Shown here: positions 1 through 7,264 of the stretch, in pieces
Layout of the letters: the number at the start of each line of letters is the position of its first letter
How positions within the stretch are numbered: the first letter of the stretch is position 1
Virus record (IMG/VR): IMGVR_UViG_3300042342_000059
Coordinates: 1 to 34,859 of that record
DNA: 34,859 nt
Direction: 5' to 3' (one strand)
From: a virus
Lineage: Duplodnaviria > Caudoviricetes
Translations under genes and position numbers: made by a program
Notes under the pieces: model-generated
The model's input: the letters and a program-made list of their open reading frames with translations, nothing else
Databases searched by the model: none
Told to the model about the DNA's origin: nothing

Positions 1-127
1 AAATGATGTCGCAGTTAGGGTTGTTAGGCTTAGAAGACAACGAGCCTTTAGGTGCGGATATAGGTGCGAGAAGCATCGTTAAATTAGTTGAAGAGGTATT
101 TGAATGCGATATATCAAGAAGGGATAG
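1..127. repeat. Terminal direct repeat, copy 1 (circular assembly overlap)
   Basis: 1-127 is identical to 34733-34859; 127 is a common assembler k-mer size and the repeat falls inside a gene. Confidence 0.95.
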
Positions 128-344
128 ATCATTACGAACTACCTTTGGTCGCAAGGCTGCTGCTTATTTACTCAGAAGGTATACTAAATTGAACCTCAAA
201 GAGATAAGCGCATATACTGGCACTAAAGACCATACCACCGCAATTCACAATATCAAACAAGCAAACAACCTAATTGACACGGAAGATTGGTTTAAGGACA
301 AATTAAAAAGAATTTGCCAAAAGATTGAAATTACCGAAAATTAG
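3..344 (+). CDS. DnaA C-terminal (domain IV) HTH-like protein, 3' part; starts at 34648 across the junction (142 aa total)
   Basis: RKAAAYLLRRYTKLNLKEISAYTGTKDHTTAIHNIK resembles the DnaA domain IV signature RQIAMYL..LSLPEIG..FGGRDHTTVLHA; no AAA+ domain. Confidence 0.8.
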   Translation: MMSQLGLLGLEDNEPLGADIGARSIVKLVEEVFECDISRRDRSLRTTFGRKAAAYLLRRYTKLNLKEISAYTGTKDHTTAIHNIKQANNLIDTEDWFKDKLKRICQKIEITEN

Positions 345-354
345 TTTATATTTG
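325..354 (+). promoter_or_regulatory. Bacteroidota-type housekeeping promoter for the replication operon
   Basis: TTG(325-327)-N19-TATATTTG(347-354) matches the -33/-7 consensus TTG-N19-TAnnTTTG. Confidence 0.7.
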
Positions 355-365
355 CAAATATATAA

Positions 366-456
366 AAATACATTAACGGAAGTCCAGACGATAATGTGTT
401 TAGTGGTTAAATAATAGCCCCTGGTAGCTGGACTCTATTGGGGGCTTTTTTATTTT
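366..456 (+). promoter_or_regulatory. Two-hairpin leader with complementary loops; hairpin 2 is an intrinsic-terminator-like attenuator
   Basis: Hairpin 366-401 has loop GAAGTCCAGA. Hairpin 416-446 has a 12-bp stem with loop CTGGACT and is followed by a T-tract, just before ATG 460. Confidence 0.7.
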
Positions 457-459
457 ATT

Positions 460-1185
460 ATGGCAAAAGACCCTGCATTCCTATTTTATAGCAGTGATTT
501 CTTAAACGGAGTAGCTGACTTAACAATGGAAGAGAGAGGACAATTTATTACTCTCTTATGTTTACAACATCAAAAAGGTACACTTACAGACAAAACCATT
601 AGGTTATCTTTAGGTTCGGTTTCGGTTGATGTTTTGAGCAAGTTTTTAAAAGACAAAGACGGAAATTTTTACAACGAACGGCTAAGTGAAGAGATTGAAA
701 AACGCATTCAATTTACTGAAAGCCGTAGAAACAATGGCTCTAAAGGTGGTAGACCTAAAAATAACACAAAACCATTAGGTTTAGCTAAACATAACCTTAT
801 GGAAGATGAAAATGAAAATGAAAATGAAGATATAAATATTAATAAAAGTAAATGTACTTTTGAACAAGTTTACGAATATATGTCAATTCGGATAGGAACA
901 GATCAAGCAAAGATTGAAGCTGAAAAATTTGTAAATTACTATGAAAGTAATGGTTGGAAAGTAGGGAAAAACCCTATGAAAAGTTGGGGAGCAGCCGCAA
1001 ATAATTGGATAACAAACTCTAAACAATATGCAAAAGGAACTAAAAACAATCAACGAAAGCTTGATAAAAACGAACTCGAAAACCTTAAAAACTACAACTA
1101 TATCCATTCTACTTCCTATGGAGCAGGAGATTATGACCGCCTTTTCGGGGGAACGAATGAGGAACATAAACTCTACCATATTTAA
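460..1185 (+). CDS. Phage replication initiator / replisome organiser (YdaU/DUF1376-like N-terminus)
   Basis: N-terminal PAFLFYSSDFL..LTMEERGQFITLL; RRNNGSKGGRP linker; ENENENED tract; C-terminal KFVNYYESNGWKVGKNPMKSW domain. Confidence 0.75.
   Translation: MAKDPAFLFYSSDFLNGVADLTMEERGQFITLLCLQHQKGTLTDKTIRLSLGSVSVDVLSKFLKDKDGNFYNERLSEEIEKRIQFTESRRNNGSKGGRPKNNTKPLGLAKHNLMEDENENENEDININKSKCTFEQVYEYMSIRIGTDQAKIEAEKFVNYYESNGWKVGKNPMKSWGAAANNWITNSKQYAKGTKNNQRKLDKNELENLKNYNYIHSTSYGAGDYDRLFGGTNEEHKLYHI
590..837. repeat. Putative replication origin iterons inside the initiator gene
   Basis: Exact 16-mer ACAAAACCATTAGGTT at 590-605 and 766-781 in different codon phases; GAARAT tandem run and AT-rich tract at about 802-850. 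Confidence 0.5.
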
Positions 1186-1786
1186 GCAGAACCTTATTTA
1201 CCTTATGCAGCTTGTAGGTATCAACAATCCTGGAGATGTTAAGTTAGCAATTTTAGAGGATTGGATAAGAACAGAGTATGGTAACTTTACAATAAACGAA
1301 GTTAAAGTAGCGTTTAAGCAAATGGTAGCCAATGACTTTATAGATCACTACCAAAACTTTAGCCCTGCATACTTTAGTCAGGTTATGGATAGGTACAAGA
1401 AAAAAGCAAACGAAGTAAGAAAAATGATGCCACAGGAACGAGTTGAAGCAATACCACACTTAACCGATTTAGAGATAATTGATTACAGTTACCAGGAATA
1501 TAAGGTTCTGGAAAATAGAACTTTTGACAGGTTGTTTAACCCTTTATCCGTATTTACAAAGCTTAATAGTTCAGGCATCAAGGTATGGACAAAAGAAGAT
1601 GGAGCAGTTGCTAAAAAGAAACTAATGGAAATTATTACCTACAAGGCTAATAAAATGGACATCATAAGTGCAAAGCAGTACCGGGACGAATGGACTGAAC
1701 AATGGTTAAAGAACCAGGCTCGAGCAGTTGCAGTAGCTTTATTTTTTGAGGAACAAATTTTACAAAACAAAACAACGTTTAAATGA
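1028..1786 (+). CDS. Putative helicase loader / replication protein (lambda P-like position)
   Basis: Directly follows and overlaps the initiator; YGNFTINEVKVAF..HYQNFSPAYFSQVMDRY helical domain; start uncertain. Confidence 0.45.
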   Translation: MQKELKTINESLIKTNSKTLKTTTISILLPMEQEIMTAFSGERMRNINSTIFKQNLIYLMQLVGINNPGDVKLAILEDWIRTEYGNFTINEVKVAFKQMVANDFIDHYQNFSPAYFSQVMDRYKKKANEVRKMMPQERVEAIPHLTDLEIIDYSYQEYKVLENRTFDRLFNPLSVFTKLNSSGIKVWTKEDGAVAKKKLMEIITYKANKMDIISAKQYRDEWTEQWLKNQARAVAVALFFEEQILQNKTTFK

Positions 1787-3060
1787 GACACGGCAGTTTA
1801 TTTAGCGGAATAGGTGGCTTTGATTTAGCAGCAGAATGGTGCGGTTGGGAAAACGTATTTCATTGCGAATGGAATACCTTTGGTCAAAAAGTTTTAAAAC
1901 ATCACTTCCCAAATTCAATATCTTACAATGACATCACAAAAACAGATTTCACTATTCACAGAGGAACAATCGACATCATTAGTGGTGGCTTCCCTTGCCA
2001 ACCCTACTCAAGTGCAGGAAAGCGACTTGGCAAAGAAGATGAGAGACATCTCTGGCCGGAAATGCTTAGAGCAATTCGGGAAATTCAACCGAGTTGGGTT
2101 GTGGGCGAGAACGTTCGCGGACTTACTAATTGGAACGGGGGATTGGTATTCGACGAGGTGCAAACTGAGTTGGAAGCTGAAGGCTACGAAGTCCTCCCGT
2201 TTTTACTTCCAGCTTGTGCCGTTAACGCACCACACCGAAGAGACCGCATTTGGTTTATTGCCTACTCCAACAGCTTCAGACAATCCGGAGAAAAATACAG
2301 GCAAAATGAAACAAGACGGACTTCAAAAGAGAGCGAGAACCGGATTGCTACCAACACCAACTTGTATGGACAGCAGCAAGAACGGGGATATGACTGGAGC
2401 AGCCAAATTGTTAATGGGAGCAACAACCAGAAGTTCAGGTCAGCAAATACAAAGGACTTTGACAGATGCAGTACAAATGGAGATATTAAAGGAGAACCCT
2501 GCTCTTGCAATGGAACTTGCATCAAAAGAATTTATGAAAAGAACCAAACTTCCTACACAAATAGAGTTTGTAGAATGGATCAAAACAATAGGAACGCAGA
2601 AGGAACTATCGGAAAAACTAAATTTGAAATTAACGAAAGTAGAGCATTGGTTCAGGAAGGACAAGATAGGTTTCAGTTATCCATCAATAGAGGATTGGAC
2701 TTTAATCAAGAGCCATTATCAAGTACCAATGGAGTTAGACAACAAGATGTCTTATCAAGAGTCAATAGAATGGAAGGGTCTTTTGCCAACACCGACATTA
2801 CAAGAATACACGAACAGCACATTACCCCCATCACAAATAAAAAGAAACAATATAGCAGGAGTTCTTTTGAGGAAAGGTGTTTCAGCACATTCCCAACTGA
2901 ACCCCCTATTTGTGGAGGAGATGATGGGCTTCCCAAAGAATTGGACAACATTACCTTTTCAAAATGGAGAAACGAAAGCATCAAAGCCTACGGGAACGCA
3001 ATAGTTCCACAAGTAGCTTATCAAATATTTAAAAGTATTTGTCAATATCAAAAACTTTAG
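1783..3060 (+). CDS. DNA cytosine-C5 methyltransferase, large (alpha-like) chain with motifs I-VIII and X
   Basis: SLFSGIGG (I), GGFPCQPYS (IV), ENV (VI), PHRRDRIW (VIII), YGNAIVPQVA (X); no motif IX in this frame. Confidence 0.92.
   Translation: MRHGSLFSGIGGFDLAAEWCGWENVFHCEWNTFGQKVLKHHFPNSISYNDITKTDFTIHRGTIDIISGGFPCQPYSSAGKRLGKEDERHLWPEMLRAIREIQPSWVVGENVRGLTNWNGGLVFDEVQTELEAEGYEVLPFLLPACAVNAPHRRDRIWFIAYSNSFRQSGEKYRQNETRRTSKESENRIATNTNLYGQQQERGYDWSSQIVNGSNNQKFRSANTKDFDRCSTNGDIKGEPCSCNGTCIKRIYEKNQTSYTNRVCRMDQNNRNAEGTIGKTKFEINESRALVQEGQDRFQLSINRGLDFNQEPLSSTNGVRQQDVLSRVNRMEGSFANTDITRIHEQHITPITNKKKQYSRSSFEERCFSTFPTEPPICGGDDGLPKELDNITFSKWRNESIKAYGNAIVPQVAYQIFKSICQYQKL
1928..3004 (+). CDS. Overprinted methyltransferase second (beta-like) chain with motif IX, TRD-like repeats and an HTH
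   Basis: 358 codons open in the +1 frame wholly inside the MTase; LNPLFVEEMMGFPKNWT resembles motif IX; three GLLPTPT units. Confidence 0.8.
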   Translation: MTSQKQISLFTEEQSTSLVVASLANPTQVQESDLAKKMRDISGRKCLEQFGKFNRVGLWARTFADLLIGTGDWYSTRCKLSWKLKATKSSRFYFQLVPLTHHTEETAFGLLPTPTASDNPEKNTGKMKQDGLQKRARTGLLPTPTCMDSSKNGDMTGAAKLLMGATTRSSGQQIQRTLTDAVQMEILKENPALAMELASKEFMKRTKLPTQIEFVEWIKTIGTQKELSEKLNLKLTKVEHWFRKDKIGFSYPSIEDWTLIKSHYQVPMELDNKMSYQESIEWKGLLPTPTLQEYTNSTLPPSQIKRNNIAGVLLRKGVSAHSQLNPLFVEEMMGFPKNWTTLPFQNGETKASKPTGTQ

Positions 3061-3070
3061 TATATTTTTG
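3038..3070 (+). promoter_or_regulatory. Possible Bacteroidota-type promoter giving a near-leaderless transcript
   Basis: TTTG(3038-3041)-N21-TATTTTTG(3063-3070), 4 nt before ATG 3075. Confidence 0.4.
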
Positions 3071-3074
3071 TAAT

Positions 3075-3380
3075 ATGACCGCAAACGAATTAACCAAACA
3101 AGCAATCCAAACTCTAAATAAAAACGGGTGCTTTGTATGGCGCAATAACAATCTTGCGGTTCGAGGGCGCACCTTCATAGGTCTTAAAGGAGTTCCAGAT
3201 GTTGTAGGTTTTCACACCCAAAGCGGAGTAGCGGTATATTGCGAAACGAAAGCCATTGGCGATAAACTTAGCAGCTATCAAATTGCATTCTTAAACTTGG
3301 CAAAAACGGCAAATTGTTTCTGCTACATAGCAACCGAAGATAACGGCAAACTAACCTTAAAAGAATATGAACAAGAATAG
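3075..3380 (+). CDS. VRR-NUC (PD-(D/E)XK) nuclease / Holliday junction resolvase-like
   Basis: KGVPDVVG...YCETKAIGDKLSSYQIAFL motif; ATG 3075 preferred over 3039. Confidence 0.8.
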   Translation: MTANELTKQAIQTLNKNGCFVWRNNNLAVRGRTFIGLKGVPDVVGFHTQSGVAVYCETKAIGDKLSSYQIAFLNLAKTANCFCYIATEDNGKLTLKEYEQE

Positions 3381-3843
3381 CATCATATTAGAACTTTGGG
3401 AGAGCCGAGAACTAAAGGAAGCAATAGACAAAATGCAGCCTGAAGATTTACGAGAAGATTTAAGAAGCGAAATATTTAAGGTGCTATGCGAAATGGACGA
3501 GGAACGTTTAATTGATATGCGCACCCGGAACGTATTAAAGTTCTACTTGGTTAGAACTATGATTAATATGATGCAAAGTAATACAAGCCAATTTTATAGG
3601 ACATACCGCAAACCTTTAGAGGTTGAATTAATAGTACACGATAGGGACGAAGATTTATTAAACAAAGTAGAAGACGAGTTGTCAAAGATGCACTGGTACA
3701 AAGCGGAACTTTTAAGAGTGTACGCTATCAAGCATAATTGCAACGCTAAAGAACTAAGCAGGGTAACAGGAATACCTTATATGTCAATACATAGGGAACT
3801 TAAATTAACTAAACGAGAACTTAAAAAACAATTACGAAAATGA
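3367..3843 (+). CDS. ECF/sigma-70-like transcription factor (late regulator)
   Basis: Region-2-like EDLREDLRSEIFKVLCE..KFYLVRTMIN; region-4-like HTH NAKELSRVTGIPYMSIHRELK. Confidence 0.65.
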   Translation: MNKNSIILELWESRELKEAIDKMQPEDLREDLRSEIFKVLCEMDEERLIDMRTRNVLKFYLVRTMINMMQSNTSQFYRTYRKPLEVELIVHDRDEDLLNKVEDELSKMHWYKAELLRVYAIKHNCNAKELSRVTGIPYMSIHRELKLTKRELKKQLRK

Positions 3844-4073
3844 TAATTATAGCAGCGATATGCTTTGCAATATTCTTTGTAGAGATACACCAATTTCATA
3901 GGAAGTGGTATTTAGATTTTAAGCCATTCAGTTGCACAAGTTGTTTAGCAGCTTGGACAGGTTTAGTTTTATATTTACTACCTGCAATATGTACTGACAT
4001 CATAGCGTTTGTATTTATTCCCGGAGTGTTAGCACCTTTACTTTCAAAACTAATGTGGAACTTATGGAAATAG
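3840..4073 (+). CDS. Small membrane protein with CxxC (DUF1360-like)
   Basis: Hydrophobic segments flanking KPFSCTSCLAAW; ATGA-coupled to the upstream gene. Confidence 0.55.
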   Translation: MIIIAAICFAIFFVEIHQFHRKWYLDFKPFSCTSCLAAWTGLVLYLLPAICTDIIAFVFIPGVLAPLLSKLMWNLWK

Positions 4074-4300
4074 AACACCGCAATTATTTAGACCTGCATA
4101 GACCTAACTACGAAATGGTGCAGAATGGTTATGTGCGTAATATAGATTTAAACATCTTAAAAATGTACGAGCATATTTATCGCAAGTATATGAGTCCAGA
4201 TTTCATATTAACAGTATGGTGCAGCCATTGTATATTTGATATGATTAAAAGGCTTTACGAATGGTACGATTTACAACCTAAAAATAAAAAGAATGGCTAA
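4055..4300 (+). CDS. Hypothetical protein with CxxC
   Basis: WCSHC motif; overlaps both neighbours in operon fashion. Confidence 0.55.
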   Translation: MELMEIEHRNYLDLHRPNYEMVQNGYVRNIDLNILKMYEHIYRKYMSPDFILTVWCSHCIFDMIKRLYEWYDLQPKNKKNG

Positions 4301-4772
4301 CTTTATCCACCCCACCGCTATCATTGGCGATAACGTAATTATCGGAGACGGAAACTACATTGGTGCTTATTGTATTATCGGAGACAAAGCAGAGCATAAA
4401 AAGTTCTGGAATAAAGAAAAAGGAAAAGTATACATAGGCGATAACAATGTTATTACAGGACTTGTAACAATAGACGCAGGAACTGAGATTGATACTTTTA
4501 TTGGCAATAATTGTTTTATAATGAAACACGCACACATCGGACACGATTGCACAATCTTAGACAATGTAACAATTAGCTGCGGAGCAAAAATAGGTGGGCA
4601 TTCTATTGTAGATCAAGGTGCTAATATAGGACTTAACGCAGTTTTACACCAGTTTGCAAACATCGGAGAGAATTGTATGGTGGGCGCAAGTGCTTTTGTA
4701 AAGGGAGATGCAAAACCAAATACTAAATATGCAGGAGTACCGGCAAGGGAAATCGGCTCAAACATAAGATAA
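4293..4772 (+). CDS. LpxA-like hexapeptide-repeat acyltransferase lacking the C-terminal helical domain
   Basis: IHPTAIIG, HAHIGHDC, IGGH, LHQF and GVPAREIG correspond to LpxA left-handed beta-helix motifs. Confidence 0.8.
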   Translation: MANFIHPTAIIGDNVIIGDGNYIGAYCIIGDKAEHKKFWNKEKGKVYIGDNNVITGLVTIDAGTEIDTFIGNNCFIMKHAHIGHDCTILDNVTISCGAKIGGHSIVDQGANIGLNAVLHQFANIGENCMVGASAFVKGDAKPNTKYAGVPAREIGSNIR

Positions 4773-5455
4773 TGAAAGTAGCTATTTTATTACTTGCACA
4801 AAACAGACACGATTTAACTCAGCGTGTAATTAACCAAAACTTTTTTAACTCTGGTTATAATGCGGACTGCTTCTTAATAGACAACGGAAGCGACACGCAA
4901 GAAACGTTTAACTACCCGTTTGCCGGTTATGACTTATCAAAAGAAAAGCGAGGCATAGCAGCCGGGGTTAATGCAGGGTTACGCATAACCCAAAACTATG
5001 ATGCGGTTTGTTTGTTAGCTAATGATATTTTACTTCCTGAGAATTGGTTGTCAAAATGGGTTATGTTTTCTCAACGTGTGTCAAAAACTGGCATTATTGG
5101 TATACATTGTGTAGAAGATTTGCCCCCAATAGTAGACGGAGTACATAAAACGCATACACCTTTTGGCGATAACTTTATTACCCGTGAACTTATAGATGCA
5201 GTTGGCGGTTACAATGAAGCCTATGACCCTTATGGAATGCAAGACAGAGATTATGGGGAACGTGCAACTATTACAGGCTTTACTAATTACTACTTACCAG
5301 ATATGCGCTCAGAACATATAGGACACGATGTCGGTAATGGAACAGATTACAGACGAATGAAAGACGAAAGCTTGGCACGGGCGCAAAGTGTATGGGAAAA
5401 ATACCAAGACATCTATCACAACCAAAAGAATATAAGATGCGAATACTTTGTATAA
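4772..5455 (+). CDS. Glycosyltransferase, GT2/GT-A fold
   Basis: LIDNGSD, GIAAGVNAGL, LLANDI, VGGYNEAYDPYGMQDRDYGERA, HIGH. Confidence 0.85.
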   Translation: MKVAILLLAQNRHDLTQRVINQNFFNSGYNADCFLIDNGSDTQETFNYPFAGYDLSKEKRGIAAGVNAGLRITQNYDAVCLLANDILLPENWLSKWVMFSQRVSKTGIIGIHCVEDLPPIVDGVHKTHTPFGDNFITRELIDAVGGYNEAYDPYGMQDRDYGERATITGFTNYYLPDMRSEHIGHDVGNGTDYRRMKDESLARAQSVWEKYQDIYHNQKNIRCEYFV

Positions 5456-6432
5456 CTTCTGCCAACTCAGGTGTAGGACTGCATAGAATTATGATGCCGA
5501 TAGTACACTTAGAAAAAGAGTACGCACTTATAACAGATGTACTTAATGACGAGTTATTAGAGCAGGGTTGGGACATTGTCTTAATGAATAGAATGCTTAA
5601 CGAAATAGATGCAAAGCAAATGGACACCTGGCGCACTAAGTACGGCTTTAAATTAGTAGTCGATAACGATGACCATTGGGAACTAAACGAAAGCCATTTA
5701 TTGTATTTAAGATATAAGCTTAACAATATACCTAAACTAATTACCGACTACTTAAAGATAGCAGACCTTTGCACCTGCACACACGAAAGGTTAGCAGGAG
5801 AGATAAGCCCATTTAATAAGAACGTTCACATCTTACCAAACGCATTACCTTACGGGCAAGAGCAGTTCCAGGATAACAAGACCGAAGATTACAAGGTTAG
5901 ATTATTCTGGAGCGGAAGCGGAACGCACGAAAGGGATATTGAAATACTAAGGCAACCTTTTAAAAGGTTACAAGGTATGAATATTAGAACTGTTATAGCA
6001 GGTTACAATGACGGGGAGAAACCTATATGGGATAAAATGATTGATGCTTTTACTTGCGGACTAAAGCTTAATCCCACGATCTATAACTATGCAAGGGTTA
6101 CAGAATATATGGGTGCTTATACGGACTCAGACATTTCAGTTATCCCACTTGTAGATAACAAGTTCAACGCTATGAAGTCAAATTTAAAGGTATTAGAAAC
6201 GGCTGCTAAAAAGAACCCTGCCATAGTTAGCTATGTCAATCCGTACTTAGATATGCCAGTACATTACGTTAAAAGTCAGAAGGATTGGTATAAACATATA
6301 AGAGATTTAGTAAGTGATGCGGATATGCGAAAGGAAAGCGGACAAAAGTTATTTGAGTTCTGCCAAAAGAAGTATAACTTTGACGAGATAAATTTAGACC
6401 GAAAGTATATTTATAGTAAACTATGCCAGTAA
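5437..6432 (+). CDS. Glycosyltransferase, GT-B (GT4-like)
   Basis: SGVGLHRIMMP, VVDNDDHW, ILPNAL, WSGSGTH, DISVIPLVDNKFNAMKSNLKVLE; start taken at ATG 5437. Confidence 0.82.
   Translation: MRILCITSANSGVGLHRIMMPIVHLEKEYALITDVLNDELLEQGWDIVLMNRMLNEIDAKQMDTWRTKYGFKLVVDNDDHWELNESHLLYLRYKLNNIPKLITDYLKIADLCTCTHERLAGEISPFNKNVHILPNALPYGQEQFQDNKTEDYKVRLFWSGSGTHERDIEILRQPFKRLQGMNIRTVIAGYNDGEKPIWDKMIDAFTCGLKLNPTIYNYARVTEYMGAYTDSDISVIPLVDNKFNAMKSNLKVLETAAKKNPAIVSYVNPYLDMPVHYVKSQKDWYKHIRDLVSDADMRKESGQKLFEFCQKKYNFDEINLDRKYIYSKLCQ
6406..6414 (+). promoter_or_regulatory. Putative late promoter core WATATTTAW, copy 1 of 5
   Basis: TATATTTAT 8 nt before ATG 6423; similar cores at 11503, 17706, 18322 and 20556. 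Confidence 0.55.
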
Positions 6433-6845
6433 CACAATGCAGTTCAGGAAAATGGAAAATAGGTAACGGCGGTTGCATCTACGATACCGAAGAGAAGGCA
6501 ATGCAAGTTTGGAAAGCTATCCTTGCAGGTGGTAAATTTGCTGAAAGTTACACCGACTATCCGGAGTCAGCTACTAACAACGCAAAGAGGGCAATAGAAT
6601 GGGCTGAGAAAAATGGTTGGGGTTCGTGCGGAGAAGCAACTGGTAAGGCAAGGGCAAGACAGTTGGCAAATCGTGAGCCGATTAGTAGAGATACTATTGC
6701 TCGTATGGCTTCGTTTAAAAGACACCAACAACATAAAGACGTGCCTTATAGCGAAGGTTGTGGCGGTTTAATGTGGGACGCTTGGGGTGGTACGAGTGGG
6801 ATTGAGTGGAGTATTAATAAGCTAAAAGAAATAAACGGAAAATAA
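6423..6845 (+). CDS. Conserved-looking phage head-associated hypothetical protein
   Basis: ESYTDYP..NNAKRA..GKARARQLA..TIARMASF.RH..GCGGLMWDAWGG; I recall this domain fused to prohead protease/portal proteins in other phages. Confidence 0.5.
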   Translation: MPVTQCSSGKWKIGNGGCIYDTEEKAMQVWKAILAGGKFAESYTDYPESATNNAKRAIEWAEKNGWGSCGEATGKARARQLANREPISRDTIARMASFKRHQQHKDVPYSEGCGGLMWDAWGGTSGIEWSINKLKEINGK

Positions 6846-6900
6846 TTTGCATACTTAAATTTTTTAATTATTAATCAACGGAAAATTTAATGGGGAAAGT

Positions 6901-7155
6901 ATGCAGAAACACACGCAAATCTACTTACAAGGAATGGGCTATGACGCTACATCGTTTGTTCCTTGTGAGGTTTGTGGTGGTGTAGGAACTGACATACATC
7001 ACATAGAAGCGAGGGGAATGGGGGGAACTAAAAAGGCAGACGTAATAGAAAACCTAATGTGTTGTTGTAGAGAATGCCATATTAAGTACGGAGACAAGAA
7101 ACAATATAAAGAGTTTTTAAAAGACATACACGCAAAGAATTATGGCAAAAGGTAA
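6901..7155 (+). CDS. HNH endonuclease (packaging-associated type)
   Basis: CEVC..DIHHI..RGMGG..NLMCCCRECH, upstream of the terminase genes. Confidence 0.85.
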   Translation: MQKHTQIYLQGMGYDATSFVPCEVCGGVGTDIHHIEARGMGGTKKADVIENLMCCCRECHIKYGDKKQYKEFLKDIHAKNYGKR

Positions 7156-7264
7156 CGAGAATAAGAACAAAATTTCATTCGGCAAAAGGAAGCGAGGCTC
7201 TGCAAAGAAGTCCTTTAATAAGCACACCCCCAGAGAAAAAGCATATAGAGGTCAAGGACGATGA
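7142..7264 (+). CDS. 40-aa basic microprotein ending in YRGQGR (absent from the ORF track)
   Basis: MAKGNENKNKISFGKRKRGSAKKSFNKHTPREKAYRGQGR; fills the gap, with ATGA coupling to 7261. Confidence 0.7.
   Translation: MAKGNENKNKISFGKRKRGSAKKSFNKHTPREKAYRGQGR

Noticed and set aside
4303-4311. DnaA-box-like TTATCCACC
   Set aside because: It is a single mismatched copy explained by the F-I-H-P codons of the acyltransferase.
1783-6432. 5mC to 5hmC to glycosyl DNA hypermodification pathway (MTase plus glycosyltransferases)
   Set aside because: No TET/JBP dioxygenase, hydroxymethylase or phage polymerase is recognisable, and the MTase and GTs are separated by unrelated genes.
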